This document shows positions 38,795-50,778 of a DNA stretch of 64,000 nucleotides, piece after piece. The notes under the pieces are model-generated. The model was not told the origin of the DNA, made no database searches, and worked only from the letters and a program-made list of their open reading frames with translations. The translations under genes and the position numbers were made by a program. This DNA comes from Pseudogymnoascus verrucosus (taxonomy: Eukaryota). Where the stretch lies: NCBI GenBank assembly GCA_001662655.1, contig KV460280.1; one strand, written 5' to 3'. Every line of letters starts with the position of its first letter. The first letter of the stretch is position 1.

Positions 38795-40581
38795 ATGGTT
38801 ATCAGAAGTCCCTACCCAGACCTGGATCTTCCAAGCGTCGATATCTTCACTTTCTTGTTTAAGCGCAAAGACCAGAAGTTTCCCGATAGTCACCGTAAGT
38901 TTTTTTTGCCCCGTCTTAACGGATCCCACGCTTGACTTAACACTGGCTTACATGACTTTTAGCGATCTTTTGCGATGGGCTTACCGACAGAACCCATACC
39001 TTTGGCGAAGTGCGGAAGCTCGCCGAAGATTTTGGGGAAGGGTTGAGGTCACAATATGACTGGCAGAAGGACGATGTGCTGGCTATATCTTCATTAAGCG
39101 ACATTGATATGCCTCCCATAATATTTGGGGCACTGCGGGCAGGAGGAACAGTGTCGACTGCGAATCCAGGTTACACGGTCTCCGAACTCTCATTCCAGCT
39201 TCGGGACTGCGGCGCAAAATGCGTCGTCACGCGTTATTCCAACATCGAGACAGTAAAGAAAGCATGTGCTGCAGCGGGCATCGCAGAGAACCGCATCATC
39301 ATACTTGGAGACCAGAGGGACACAACGGGACAATTTAAGCATTGGACGAATGTCCGCAATATTAGCAATACAACGCGATATGCGCCACCGAAGACTGACC
39401 CACAGAACGACACTGCCTTTCTAGTTTACTCGTCAGGAACTACTGGCAAGCCGAAAGGCGTCAGACTCTCACATTACAATATTACTTCCAACATTCTTCA
39501 GCATCAAGTAGCAGAAGGATACAATTTGACCTGGGACGGAAGCCGAACAACTAGGGACATACCCAAGCCAGAACCCGGAATTGGGGGGGACAAAATTCTC
39601 GCATGTCTGCCCTTTTTTCACATCTATGGGTTGACCGTTCTCATCCACAGTCCGATTTACTTTGGCGTCACCACCGTTGTTTTACCTGCCTTCGATGTCG
39701 ACACATGGTGCCAATTAGTGCAAAAACACAAAATCACATACTCTTATGTCGTCCCACCCATCGTTTTGCATATGGCAAAACACCCTTCATTCGCACTGTA
39801 CGACGTCTCTAGTCTACGCATGGTCATGTCGGGTGCCGCACCTCTAACCCGTGAGCTTATCGACCAAGTCTATGCAAGGCTAGGTATCCGTATTAAGCAG
39901 GGATATGGACTATCGGAGACGAGCCCTAATATGTTCCAAGGCACTTGGGATGGTTGGGATATTGATATTGGCACTTGTGGTGTCCTCCTGCCCAATCAAG
40001 AGGTCAAAATATGTCAGCCCGTTGACATTTCCAGAGATGACGATACGACAACCACCCTCCAAGAGCTCAAACCGGGTGAGGAGGGAGAACTGCACGTCAG
40101 AGGCCCAAACGTTTTTAAGGGCTACCACAATAATGCTAAAGCGACAGCCGAGTGCCTCTCTTCTGACGGATGGTTCCGCACGGGAGATGTTGGACGCATC
40201 AACGAGCGAGGAAATCTCTTCATCACCGACCGAGTCAAGGAGTTAATCAAGTATAAAGGCTTCCAGGTGGCACCTGCAGAGTTAGAAGGCTCGCTAGTTG
40301 ATTATCCAGGTGTGATGGACTGTGCTGTCGTTGGCATCTACGACAAAGATTTAGCCACCGAGGTTCCACGGGCGTACATCGTCACGGAAAACCCATCAAA
40401 GCCGATTGATATCAACGAGTTACAAAAGTGGTTTAACAGCCGTGTCGCAAGCCATAAGAAGCTGAGGGGCGGAGTTGAGTTGATAGAGCAGATTCCGAAG
40501 AATGCGAGTGGGAAGATTTTGAGAAAGATTCTGAAGGAGAAGGCGCGCTTAGACTTTGCGGCCAAGGGTGCCAGGCTGTAG
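38795..40581 (+). CDS. 4-coumarate/phenylacetate-CoA ligase-like AMP-binding enzyme, peroxisomal
   Basis: YSSGTTGKPKG, LPFFHIYGL, QGYGLSE, DRVKELIKYKGFQVAPAELE, KNASGKILR; C-terminal ARL (PTS1); intron 38895-38962. Confidence 0.92.
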
Positions 40582-41047
40582 TTGTGCACAATATATTACT
40601 GATATTGATGTATATTGGTATTATGGCGTTCTGTTCTGGTGGTCTGGAACCATTACTCTTTTACTCTCGAAGTTCAGTGGGTTGTATATAGCGGAAAGAA
40701 TAACAGATACTTTAATACTATGAAAACTCCTCTTTCTATCAAATTGATTGATAACCACCTCCCGTCAAAGTAAGTAACATGGCAATTACGTACTGCAGAG
40801 ATTATTATTTACATATAATTGTTAACATATTTCACTTGCGAGTTTGACACCCAAGCGGGTCGAACACGAAAACACCAAAGTATGACTATTCCGACTATTA
40901 TTACTATACCACTCTATATATTGATCCATATTAGACGGAAACTGATTCCTGGTGCCTCTCTAACATACAGGAATCATAGACTATAACACTACATAAGCTA
41001 CAGCGCCACCGTCGCTCTATAGAGCCCGCTTGCTGAGCGGCCTCACA

Positions 41048-42289
41048 TCATCCGCGCCCTGGCACATATTCGATACCCGCATTCCAAACTCTCGCAATAT
41101 CCATCGTCTTTGAGATGTTCCGTAATGGATCACTCCCTGGCTTGAGTAGAAGTAAATCTGCACGATATCCTTCTCTGATAGACCCTCGCCCTACCAAGTT
41201 ATGCCAAGTAGCAGGCACCACCGTCGCGGCTCGTAGTACATCCACCTCGCTCATACCAGCGTCTTTCAGATATTGCAATTCTTGATGTAGAGTGATCCCA
41301 ATCAGATCACCCTTGAGGAAACTACCAGCTATGTCGATTGCGTCGGTTCCAGCGAGAAGCGGAACACCCGCGCGCATGAGGCGTTGTACACTAGTCACTC
41401 CAGCCTCGTATGTCAAGTCTATTCCGCCAGAAACGATTGCTTCAATGGTTGAATTAGATGTGGCGATCTTCCCGATATTTAGTGTCGGCGTCACAAATTG
41501 TGCCTGGCGTTCTATGCGTTGTGCCATCTCCACCGTAAGAGGGACATCGAACGGCACATGTTGGAGACCATCTGTCCTTGAGCGGATTGCGACTTCGTAC
41601 GAGGCGTAATCCTGGGCATGGGTCATGGAGATCTTACCCAACGCATGTGTTGCATTGACAAGCGCATCATGGATGGCCTGGTTAAAGCCATCCGGCTCGG
41701 AGATTATCTTCATAAAATTAGACCCGTTTCCAAAGACATTAGCCACGAACTGCGGTGCTTGGGATGGTAAATTCACGAAACCTCTCGACCCAAACACTTT
41801 TGCATGCGTGCTGTTTGGTGCTACGGCCCCTTCCCCAGCGGTGATAAAAGACGTCAATCCGATTTGGTCGCGGAGGGCTGCGCATAATGTGTAGTTCGAG
41901 CAGCCCATGTTCATGACGGTCGTTATACCATAACTGCTCAAAGTCTCAAGACTGGCCAACGAGCTGAGGTGGATATGGCTATCAATCAATCCCGGGAGTA
42001 GAACACCTCCCTCTCCATCGATGGTATTCCGTACACCGCGGGGGTCAAAGGTTATGCTGTCGCCGTCGATAACCACAGTGCTGGGTTCGCGGATACGCCA
42101 CCCGTCGAAAATACGGACATTCGTGAGGGCTGTTTTGCCCGTTGGTGGCGTACGCTGGCTTCGGGCTCCAAGTAATTTCAGCTGTGTTTCGATATAGGAG
42201 GCGTTTATTTCATGTCGGTGACCAGAGAGACAACCATGAACTGATGGCGACAATAGAGCCGTGAGGAGCAGGTAAATAATTGACTGCAT
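41048..42289 (-). CDS. Secreted metal-dependent amidohydrolase
   Basis: Signal-peptide-like MQSIIYLLLTALLSPSVHG; LLPGLIDSHIH, MKI, THA, QHV, AGTD, GSIREGYRADL; intronless. Confidence 0.85.
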   Translation of the reverse strand: MQSIIYLLLTALLSPSVHGCLSGHRHEINASYIETQLKLLGARSQRTPPTGKTALTNVRIFDGWRIREPSTVVIDGDSITFDPRGVRNTIDGEGGVLLPGLIDSHIHLSSLASLETLSSYGITTVMNMGCSNYTLCAALRDQIGLTSFITAGEGAVAPNSTHAKVFGSRGFVNLPSQAPQFVANVFGNGSNFMKIISEPDGFNQAIHDALVNATHALGKISMTHAQDYASYEVAIRSRTDGLQHVPFDVPLTVEMAQRIERQAQFVTPTLNIGKIATSNSTIEAIVSGGIDLTYEAGVTSVQRLMRAGVPLLAGTDAIDIAGSFLKGDLIGITLHQELQYLKDAGMSEVDVLRAATVVPATWHNLVGRGSIREGYRADLLLLKPGSDPLRNISKTMDIARVWNAGIEYVPGRG

Positions 42290-42299
42290 GATAAAATAG

Positions 42300-42377
42300 A
42301 ATGATTTGAAACCCGAACTTATCGTACAAATGTGCGAGAATGATTTGAAACCCAAACTTATCGTACAAATGTGCGAG
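42300..42377. repeat. 39-bp tandem duplication (1 mismatch)
   Basis: aatgatttgaaaccc[g/a]aacttatcgtacaaatgtgcgag x2. Confidence 0.92.
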
Positions 42378-43181
42378 CTTGCCTTCCCATCGGGTCTTTA
42401 TAACCTTCATACATCAAATTATTGATGCCTCATTTATAACAACGTTAAAGAGGAGCAGTGGGTCAAAAGGATTACAGTGTATGCGGCATCCAAGTTGCTA
42501 TTTCTTATCCTAGTAAATCCTTCAACCTTCTTGCTTATTCGCGACGTCATTTTTGTTTACGTTCGCAAAGTTCGGGGTCATAATGGAAAGTGAGGTTATT
42601 TCCGTCTTACTGCGGAGCTGCAGACGTTGGAATGCAGGGATGTACATACGAAGCAGCCAATTGGATCTGCCGAATAAATCCACCTCCTTCCCCACTAAAG
42701 CTTAAAAGCGCCGCGAAGCAAGCGTTAGAACAGATTTCCAGTAAATAATTATATATTGTAATCAAACAAAGCCCCCTTACGTACTCTTACAGGCGATTCC
42801 CTCACCGGAGCATAGTAGTTTCCGTCGCTCCGTGGTGTGGAGCATGTCCCTACGAGCCCTCCAATCCAACATCAATAACAACGATCGGGGGTTCCAAAGA
42901 GCCCTAAATGCGTGCCCAGATTACAAAACACTTCCAGAATTATGCTGGCAAGTGCTTATTCTTACCTGGTGCTTGTAAGTGCAGTGACAAGCTACAAATG
43001 TCCGTACGAGCATAGTGGCACAGCACATTCGTCACCCAGGAACGGAACTAAACGAAGACTGGCGGGAACTTGATCTGCTATGGAGTGTACTAGACATATA
43101 TATTTCATAGATCCCAAGAATCCGGTCTGCTACAACCCAGTAACCTTTCGCAAATTCGCCAACTAAGATTCACCTTCCAAA

Positions 43182-44385
43182 ATGTCTGCAAGTTGTTCTG
43201 GTTAGTTTCCACACACGTAGCATCGAGAATGAAGCTGACCGCTTCTCAGCCCTTGCAGATCTTGATCGTACAAACTGGGCATTTTGCCCCTCAACACCCC
43301 CTGCAATCGTGTTCACTGTTTTGTTCGCTCTCACTACGTTCGCCCATCTCTCACAAGCTATATTCTACAAAAAGGCATACTGTTGGGTGATTGTTGGCTC
43401 TGCGTTTATTCAAACAGTCAACTACATCTGCCGCATCATCAGCATCACAAATCCCAACACTCTAGGTCCCTACGCAGCTTGGTTTATACTAATGCTGGCA
43501 AGTCATTATTACGCCGCCAAAGAAGCCAAACGCTAACTGCACTCAGATCGCGCCACTCTTTACAAATGCCTTTGTTTATATGGTGATGGGTAAGCTTTCT
43601 TATTAAGCAATGTGTTAGAACCCTTATTAATCTGAGGCTCAGGAAGGATGATCTGGAATTATATTCCCAGTGCAAAACTTTATCGAATCACAGCGTGGAG
43701 ATTTTCGGCATTCTTTGTGATTTTTGATATCATGTAAGACTGTGTCCACGAAGACTTGAAGTGGCTGATACTAATCATGATATAGCGCTCTTATTATCCA
43801 GGTCGCTGGAGCATCCTCAAGCGCTGGTAACAGAAGGCCAAATCAACAGGTGATCAACGGTGAGTTCTACCCAAAATAGATAGAGATTCAAACTGACGTT
43901 CTTCTAGCAATTCATATTTACATGGGTGGTGTTGGATTCCAGCAGTTCTTCATTCTTCTGTTTTTGGTCTTCGCCATCAAATTTCACCAGACAGTCCTTC
44001 AGCAAGTCCGACAGGGCGCGAAGGGAGCTTCAGGTGCGCTGCCATTATTGTATGCGATATACCTGGTACTCGCTCTTATCACGGTACGTTAATCGATATC
44101 CCTACATGTAGTCCTCAGGACTAAGGTTTTGCGAAGATGAGAATTGTGTTCCGTCTCTGTGAATACGCCCAGGGATTCCACAGCAATATCCCAACCCACG
44201 AGGCGTACCAATACTGCCTTGACTCTGTTCCCATGCTATTTAGCCTTGTCATACTCAATGTCATTCATCCAGGTCGCATCATGCAAGGGGAGGAAAGTAA
44301 TATTCCTAGTCGCAAGGAGAGAAAAGCACAGGGAATTTACAGCAAGTCCGAGAATATTAGTGGGAGTCCTGTATTGACAGTATAA
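43182..44385 (+). CDS. RTA1-like multi-pass membrane protein
   Basis: Spliced WAFCPS, LML|IAPLFTNAFVYMVMGR, YMGGVGFQQFF, RIVFRLCEY, HEAYQYCLDSVPM and HPG; multiple introns including one GC-AG. Confidence 0.85.
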
Positions 44386-44646
44386 GAAAGGACTCATAGT
44401 AGAGTAATGTGAAGGAAAGGCAATGCTTAAACGGAATTCAGCAAGGAGCAGGCAGTAATTTGCGGAGCTTTGGGATGGGGGCTATGAGGGATGGTGATAG
44501 AAGTCGGAGTCTCTTAAAATAATTAACTTATGTACATTTATTTCTAAATTACCTGAATGTACCATATTGTCACAATACCTGTAAAATCTCAGCTCAAGGT
44601 AAGGCTTGCCAGAAGCTCTAAATGAGGGTGGAAGACCTGTCCCATG

Positions 44647-46550
44647 CTACCATTCGATTACTTCCGTCATCTGTTTCGTCACATCGTACTCATCTCTTGG
44701 CCGGCTATAGCTCAGAGTTGCCCTCCGCTCGGTAGGATTAAAATTCAGTGATACGTTCGAGATGCGAGTCCAGTTTGGGACATCCTCGCAACTTGTTAAG
44801 TTCTGTAATCCAGTTTCTTCGATATCAAGAACTCTTTGGGCAGCTTTGTAAGTCGCAAAAGAATTCCATACCCCTTCTGTCCGATTGTAATTTTGGAGAA
44901 CTGAGATTGCCCTTCTCCGAATGATAGGATCTCTACAGCGACAAGATACCTTAACAATGGAAGAGTCAGTACTTGCTCGCTGTGTGATATTACCTGATGC
45001 AACTCGAGAGATCTTTGATTAGGAAAATACGCAATGGATAAAAAGCTTACGGCAAATAAAGGTCCAATGAGGGCCATATCAATGCAGAATGTCGGCCTCC
45101 CTTCAGTTGATTTCTGGTCAATCTCAACGATATCCTCCGCCAAGGAGACGATTTTGTCAAACATGGAGCAGAAGACGTCCCACTCCATTTGGTCATCGAC
45201 CGTCGTTTTAGTGAGCACCACCGCTGTAGACCCAAGCTCCTTGAGGATGTGCAAAACAGCGGTTCCTTTTCGTTTTCTACCCGTTAGATTTTTACCCTGA
45301 ATGTTTAAGTAGGCATCATATGCTGATGACCATCTCGCTAGAATGCTAGACGATTTCTTCTGCCAGGCCCCAGCCAGGGGAACTGTGAGCTTCTTACTGA
45401 AAGGATCCCATACATCGCTTGTAGAGTGAGACGTTACGTGCCAGTGAGATACGAGCCTTTCTCGGGCCACCGATAAACTAGTGAATATAGCTGGGATCTC
45501 TTGTTTCTGTGCGCGATTTTCCATTGATTCAAGCTCGGCAACCATCTACTCCAGTTAACAAAATGAACCTGCGCAAGTTGGAAGCTAGAAGCCATACCTG
45601 CGATACTTGAAAGTCAAGACGCACGAACATCTCTTCTAGCATTCCTATGGATATATATGGTATTTTGGATGCTTTAAGGGAATCATGTTGATGTTGACGG
45701 GTTTCCTCGTTGTACTTAACCTCGCATAAGATCTTTATGCCGCTTTGGACGTGTGTGATGGCGGAGCCGTATCTGCTTTGCATTGTCTATCAATGAGCAG
45801 GAGTATAGTTTAGACATGAGATGGACTCACCTCGAGGCATGCAAACAGGACAGAACATATCAGATACACGTCGATTGCTTGCTGGCCTTCATGGGGGAGT
45901 GGTCCAAGGAGGGTGTTAATTGCCTGACTATAATTCTTCGAAGCGAAGTTATCCGTCCATCCATTAGTGTAACTTTGCTGAATTAAGCCATTGTCTTGCT
46001 CAGACTTTGCGTGCAATGACCCTAGAGCCAGGACTGCATGTCGGATTGACGTTTCGTGAAGTGCCGCTTGGAGTAGGATCCGCTCCCAGAAATCATCTCC
46101 GAAGAACCCGGACAACTGGAGCGCGGTTTTTTGTTGAAAGAAGTAGAACGACCTGCGTTCTTTCTCGGTTCCAAGAAGTCCAACAGACAGCGAGGGGCTC
46201 AATGCGCTCAATGCGCCTATGGGCGCAGTAGAATGGTATGGAGGTGCTTCCGAGTTTGATTCGTAGCCATCACATTTTCTACCCGTAGAAACACATGGAT
46301 GGCAACAAGGCTTTGCTTCATCGCACTTCACTCGCCGTACTAGCCACGGATTAGTTTCGGCCCAATAGTTCAACATCTGTCGCTAAATCTCACCCCTGCC
46401 ATATTGTTAGCAAACCACGACACCAACCTAGCCATCTGAGAATGATGGACAGCGACAATTTTATAGGCGTACAGACTTGCATGTATGGCACCCAGTTCGG
46501 GTTTTAGGTCGATAGGCCCGCTTTCTCTGGCCTGGAGCAACACGGGGCAT
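44647..46550 (-). CDS. Zn2Cys6 transcription factor
   Basis: PKTRTGCHTCK|VRRVKCDEAKPCCHPCVSTGRKCDGY, ERRSFYFF, SIRHAVLALGSLH, CRDPIIRRRAI and EGVWNS. Confidence 0.88.
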
Positions 46551-46819
46551 ATTGCCAAAGGTTTCTGGCGGTGTAGTTGTGGGACATCCACAATTTCGGG
46601 CGAACGGGGAGGCTATGTGGCATGAGTTGCGTTAATTTGCGTTACGTTAAGGTAATATAGCGATTAACTTGTTCTAAAAAAGGAAATCAAGATAAGGTTT
46701 GAGATGTTAAGACGTTGAAGGCAATTCAAACTTAATGATCTATGTTGCAGCCAATTAGGCCCATCCATAGTGCGCGGCTTCCAGAGAGGTGAGGCTAGTG
46801 TTCCGTTGCCGGCACTAAT

Positions 46820-46855
46820 CTATCCCCGAACCTATCCCCGAAACCTATCTCCGAA
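46820..46855. repeat. Three tandem CCTATC(C/T)CCGAA-type copies in a divergent promoter
   Basis: ctatccccgaa cctatccccgaa acctatctccgaa. Confidence 0.75.
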
Positions 46856-47517
46856 CAGTACCGCCCCGCCGAAAGACATGGTAGCCAGATCTCTCGCACA
46901 CCACCAAAGGCACACATAATTCATTCCATGGCTGTATATTGGATGTGGGGAGGATATCAAACGGGGCAGTGCAGGCCGTACAAGCGGCTTAACTAGTCAT
47001 GTCTTTGTAAGAACACCGACTTATCCCCACCTACCTACCGCCCAAGTCTTGTCATTTATGAAAGTACACTCTCATATCAACACACCCACCAAAGCCGTTC
47101 TTAACAACAACTGAATTCTTATTTGTAGCCCCGAGTACAGACGTAGTACGCCTCGATAAGTATATTTGATGGGTTAGGCCGAGAATACTAGGGCGTGTAC
47201 GGCCCCTATTAATGTGGTTCTGCCGCAAAACCACATGCAATCGTCACACTCTCGCATTAGCTTCAATAATGTAGCTATGGTGACGTCTAAAATGTGGGCA
47301 AACCTATGTTACATGGTAGACTAGCCATCCATAGAATCTCAAAGCCACTGACAAACCTGAATGGAAGTGTTCAACGCTAGCATATTTGCCTCACAATTCA
47401 TCAACAGCAGAGCAAATATAAATATCAGGAGAATCCCCGTTGCTATGAACCACAAATAATTCTGGCAGCCATAACATTTTAGTCTCATACATTTACACGG
47501 CCTTCTCACAAGCAAAC

Positions 47518-48803
47518 ATGGCTAAATCACTCCCATTTGGCGACATCCAAGTCCCAATTCCCGGATTTGGTGCTATGGGTCTAAGTTCTGCTATGGGAAC
47601 TAATCTCAGCTTAGAAGAGGCCGAGCCAGTTCTTCAGAAAGCGATCGAGCTAGGTTGTACGTTCTGGGACACCGCGGTAAGTCGAACAAAAGAGCTAGAC
47701 GAGTCCAATGAGTTGGATTTTTGACTGAGTGTTCTGATCTAGGTTGTTTACCGAAATGGTGTCAATGAGAAATTGCTTGGAGACTTCATTAAGAAGCACA
47801 ACGTCCGTGACAAAGTCTTTGGTAATTATTCGCAACTTCCGTTCATAAATGCATCATATGGTAGCTGACAGGTTGTTGTTGCCTAGTTGCATCTAAATGT
47901 GGATTTTCTGTCTTCGATTCTACACCTAGTGTCACCAACTCGGCGGCACATATCAAGGAATACATCGAGGGCACAATCGACAGGCTTGGGTTTACTCCAG
48001 ACCTTTATTATCTTCACAGAATCGACCCAAGTGAGTCGAAGCTTCTGGAGAAGTTTAGTCTACAGGTTCATCGATGTTAATGTGCATCTTAGATACTCCG
48101 CTGGAGGAATCCATCACAGCCCTAGATGAACTTCGCCGTGCAGGCAAAACAAAATACATTGGCCTCTCCGAATGTTCTGCAGCGACTCTGCGTAAAGCCA
48201 ACTCTAGTATGTTTCTTGAAATTCCCATACTCCGTCAAATGCTAAAGGGCCTTCACAGTTGCAAAGATAGATGCCGTTCAAGCCGAGTACTCGGCCTTCG
48301 AGACGCTACATGAAACGAACGGACTTATCGAAACCGCCAAAGAATTAGGCGTGGCCTTCGTGGCTTTCAGCCCTCTCGGACATGGTTTTCTTGTGGATGA
48401 CTTCCAGTATAAATCGCCTGATGATTTCGCACCTGATGACTTCCGCCGAACTGGTGAGTAATGAATGATATTATGGCAACTACTTTTGTCACTAATATCG
48501 GACACAGTACCTAAATTTCAGGGGGAGAATTTCTACAAAAATAAGGCGATCGTGGATCAAATGAAGCAGCTAGCAGCCAGGAAAAAGTGCACAGTCGCAC
48601 AAATTGCGCTTGCTTGGGTCGCCGCCCAGGGCATGATTTCCATTCCCGGAACGACGAGGGCTGACAGGCTGGAGGAGAATTGGGCATCTCGGAGTGTTGT
48701 GCTGACAGAGGACGAGAAGGTAGAAATGCGAAAGATCGTCGACGATGCTAAGCCTTCTGGGGAGAGGTTCTCTGCCCTATATGAGTCTATGGTGGGCCAT
48801 TGA
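47518..48803 (+). CDS. Aldo-keto reductase
   Basis: [43 protein letters not shown] and IPGT; about five introns. Confidence 0.9.
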
Positions 48804-49540
48804 TTTGGCTGCTGGTGAGGTGGGGTTCTTTTAGTCTCCTTCCTTATATTTAAATAGTGGAAGATGTTGAAACATAGCTATATCTGCACTTTAAGACGTA
48901 GTACAACGTCTCATGATATGGGTGACGCATCATAGGTCGCAAAGCAATTTATTCGCATTTGAAAGTCGGCAATATGTTAAACAGTAGTGAGATTGAGTGA
49001 CTTTGCTTATCTAATTACATTGTAGTTATTAGTTCACGAACCGTGTAGATATCCTAGCCGCCATCGCACTTTGAAGAATCCGCCATAATCCATCCAGAGG
49101 ACGTGAAGACACCAACCGGGTCAATATCCGTATGAATCGCGAACAATCGTTGCATGTTTCCTTCACCATAGCCTGAAAGACGTCCAGTCCCTTGTTCGCA
49201 TAGTTGATATATATGTACGGATGTGGTCGAGAACACTCACACCATACTCACACCATACAATACTATATTAGGCCCCACTATATTATGGTCTTAACGCGCT
49301 TACGTGATGGGGATTAGTTCGGATGTAGCGTGATGACACCTGCATTTACACTATCCTAGTAACCCCGCCTATCCCACGGGTCAATTCGGCGGAGTTCCCA
49401 TGGTGCTGCGGGTTCCTTAATGTGGGGCATCAATAAAACTTTCATTTGGGGGGTACTTATGCAGCTGTCATCGTCTCACATTTAGGTCTTCATGAATCTC
49501 ATTGCTTCGATACGAATTCCATCTATTCTCTGCTTACGCA

Positions 49541-50502
49541 ATGAATGGACAGAGCCACTCCCATTTCCCTTTGAATAGCAACATTTGGGTCAATGACACA
49601 GAGAACTGGCTAGGAGTGGCAGATAGTCATGAGCGGAGGAAGATCCAAAACCGTCGTAATCAGCGGGCATTCCGTGAGGGGACCAACTTAAAAATCCAAC
49701 CAGGACTAACTATCTGACAGGGGCGAAGAAGCGGGTAGCATCTCAGAACGCTAACAGCGAGGGGACCACCACTGCTAACAGGCAGCTTGTGCCAGCGCTA
49801 GGTGGCCAAATATGGCTTCCAGGCTCCAAGGTGCAATTACATGAGACCCAAGGAGTCGATATCACCGAAGCTACTATACAAATTATCAATCTCGTCAAAA
49901 TTCTCAAGCCTAACTGGGAGGGCAATCGGTTGTTTATGCAGCGTTTCGAGGATTTTGCAACTCACAGCTATACAGCCCGCATCATGACGCTCAGCATTCC
50001 TCCAAGCCTGTCTCAATTCAACTTTGTGAAAGCTATGTTCGCAAACATAGGGGTATTAGGACTATCTGATGAGGAAATGGATGACGAAGCCCTGTCGCCG
50101 TTCAACAGACTCCTTGGCCCATTCCCACTACAACCCGATCTTACAATGGCAAGATTTTCACATCTCCCCACCGGACTTCAGCCAACCGGCCTACAAAGCT
50201 CGGCTCCTCATCATCCATGGATTGATCTTCTTCCTATGCCAGAGATGCGAGACAACATTTTCCGCCAAGGGGTTGACTCTTTTGTCGAGGAGGAGCTGTG
50301 CCATGCCATGCGCGGACAGGCCCCCGATCTCAATCCGGGACTGCTGGTCTGGCGCGACCCTTGGGATCCGACGGGTTGGGAGGTTACGGAAGAGTTTATC
50401 AGGTCTTGGGGTTGGGTCATCGCAGGCTGTGCTGATCTGCTGCATTCGACTAACACTTGGCGTGCGCGACGGGGTGAAAAGCCCTTGTTTCGTTCATCGT
50501 AA
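49541..50502 (+). CDS. bZIP-like basic region plus DUF3425-type domain protein
   Basis: ERRKIQNRRNQRAFR (intron 49674-49720), HHPWIDLLPMPEMRDN and WDPTGWEV..FIRSWGW. Confidence 0.82.
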
Positions 50503-50778
50503 TGAATTGTTATTTTTTCTGATTAAAACAAAAACGATACCCAGTCTCAGCCATTTCACCATGATTCTTCCTGATCTTCTCGTCTATTTATACTTTCCTA
50601 GGTGGTAGCCTAACGAATCTGCGTACTTGAAATGAAAGCAGTCCAGGTTTTGAACCTTCAGCACAAGTCCCGGCTTTGTATAACTGGCGGTGTTATTAGA
50701 ACTCAAATTCTGCGTAGGCAACTCGCTTTTAATTATTATTATCTCTTTAATAAGTAATAATACGCAACGAAAAAGCAT

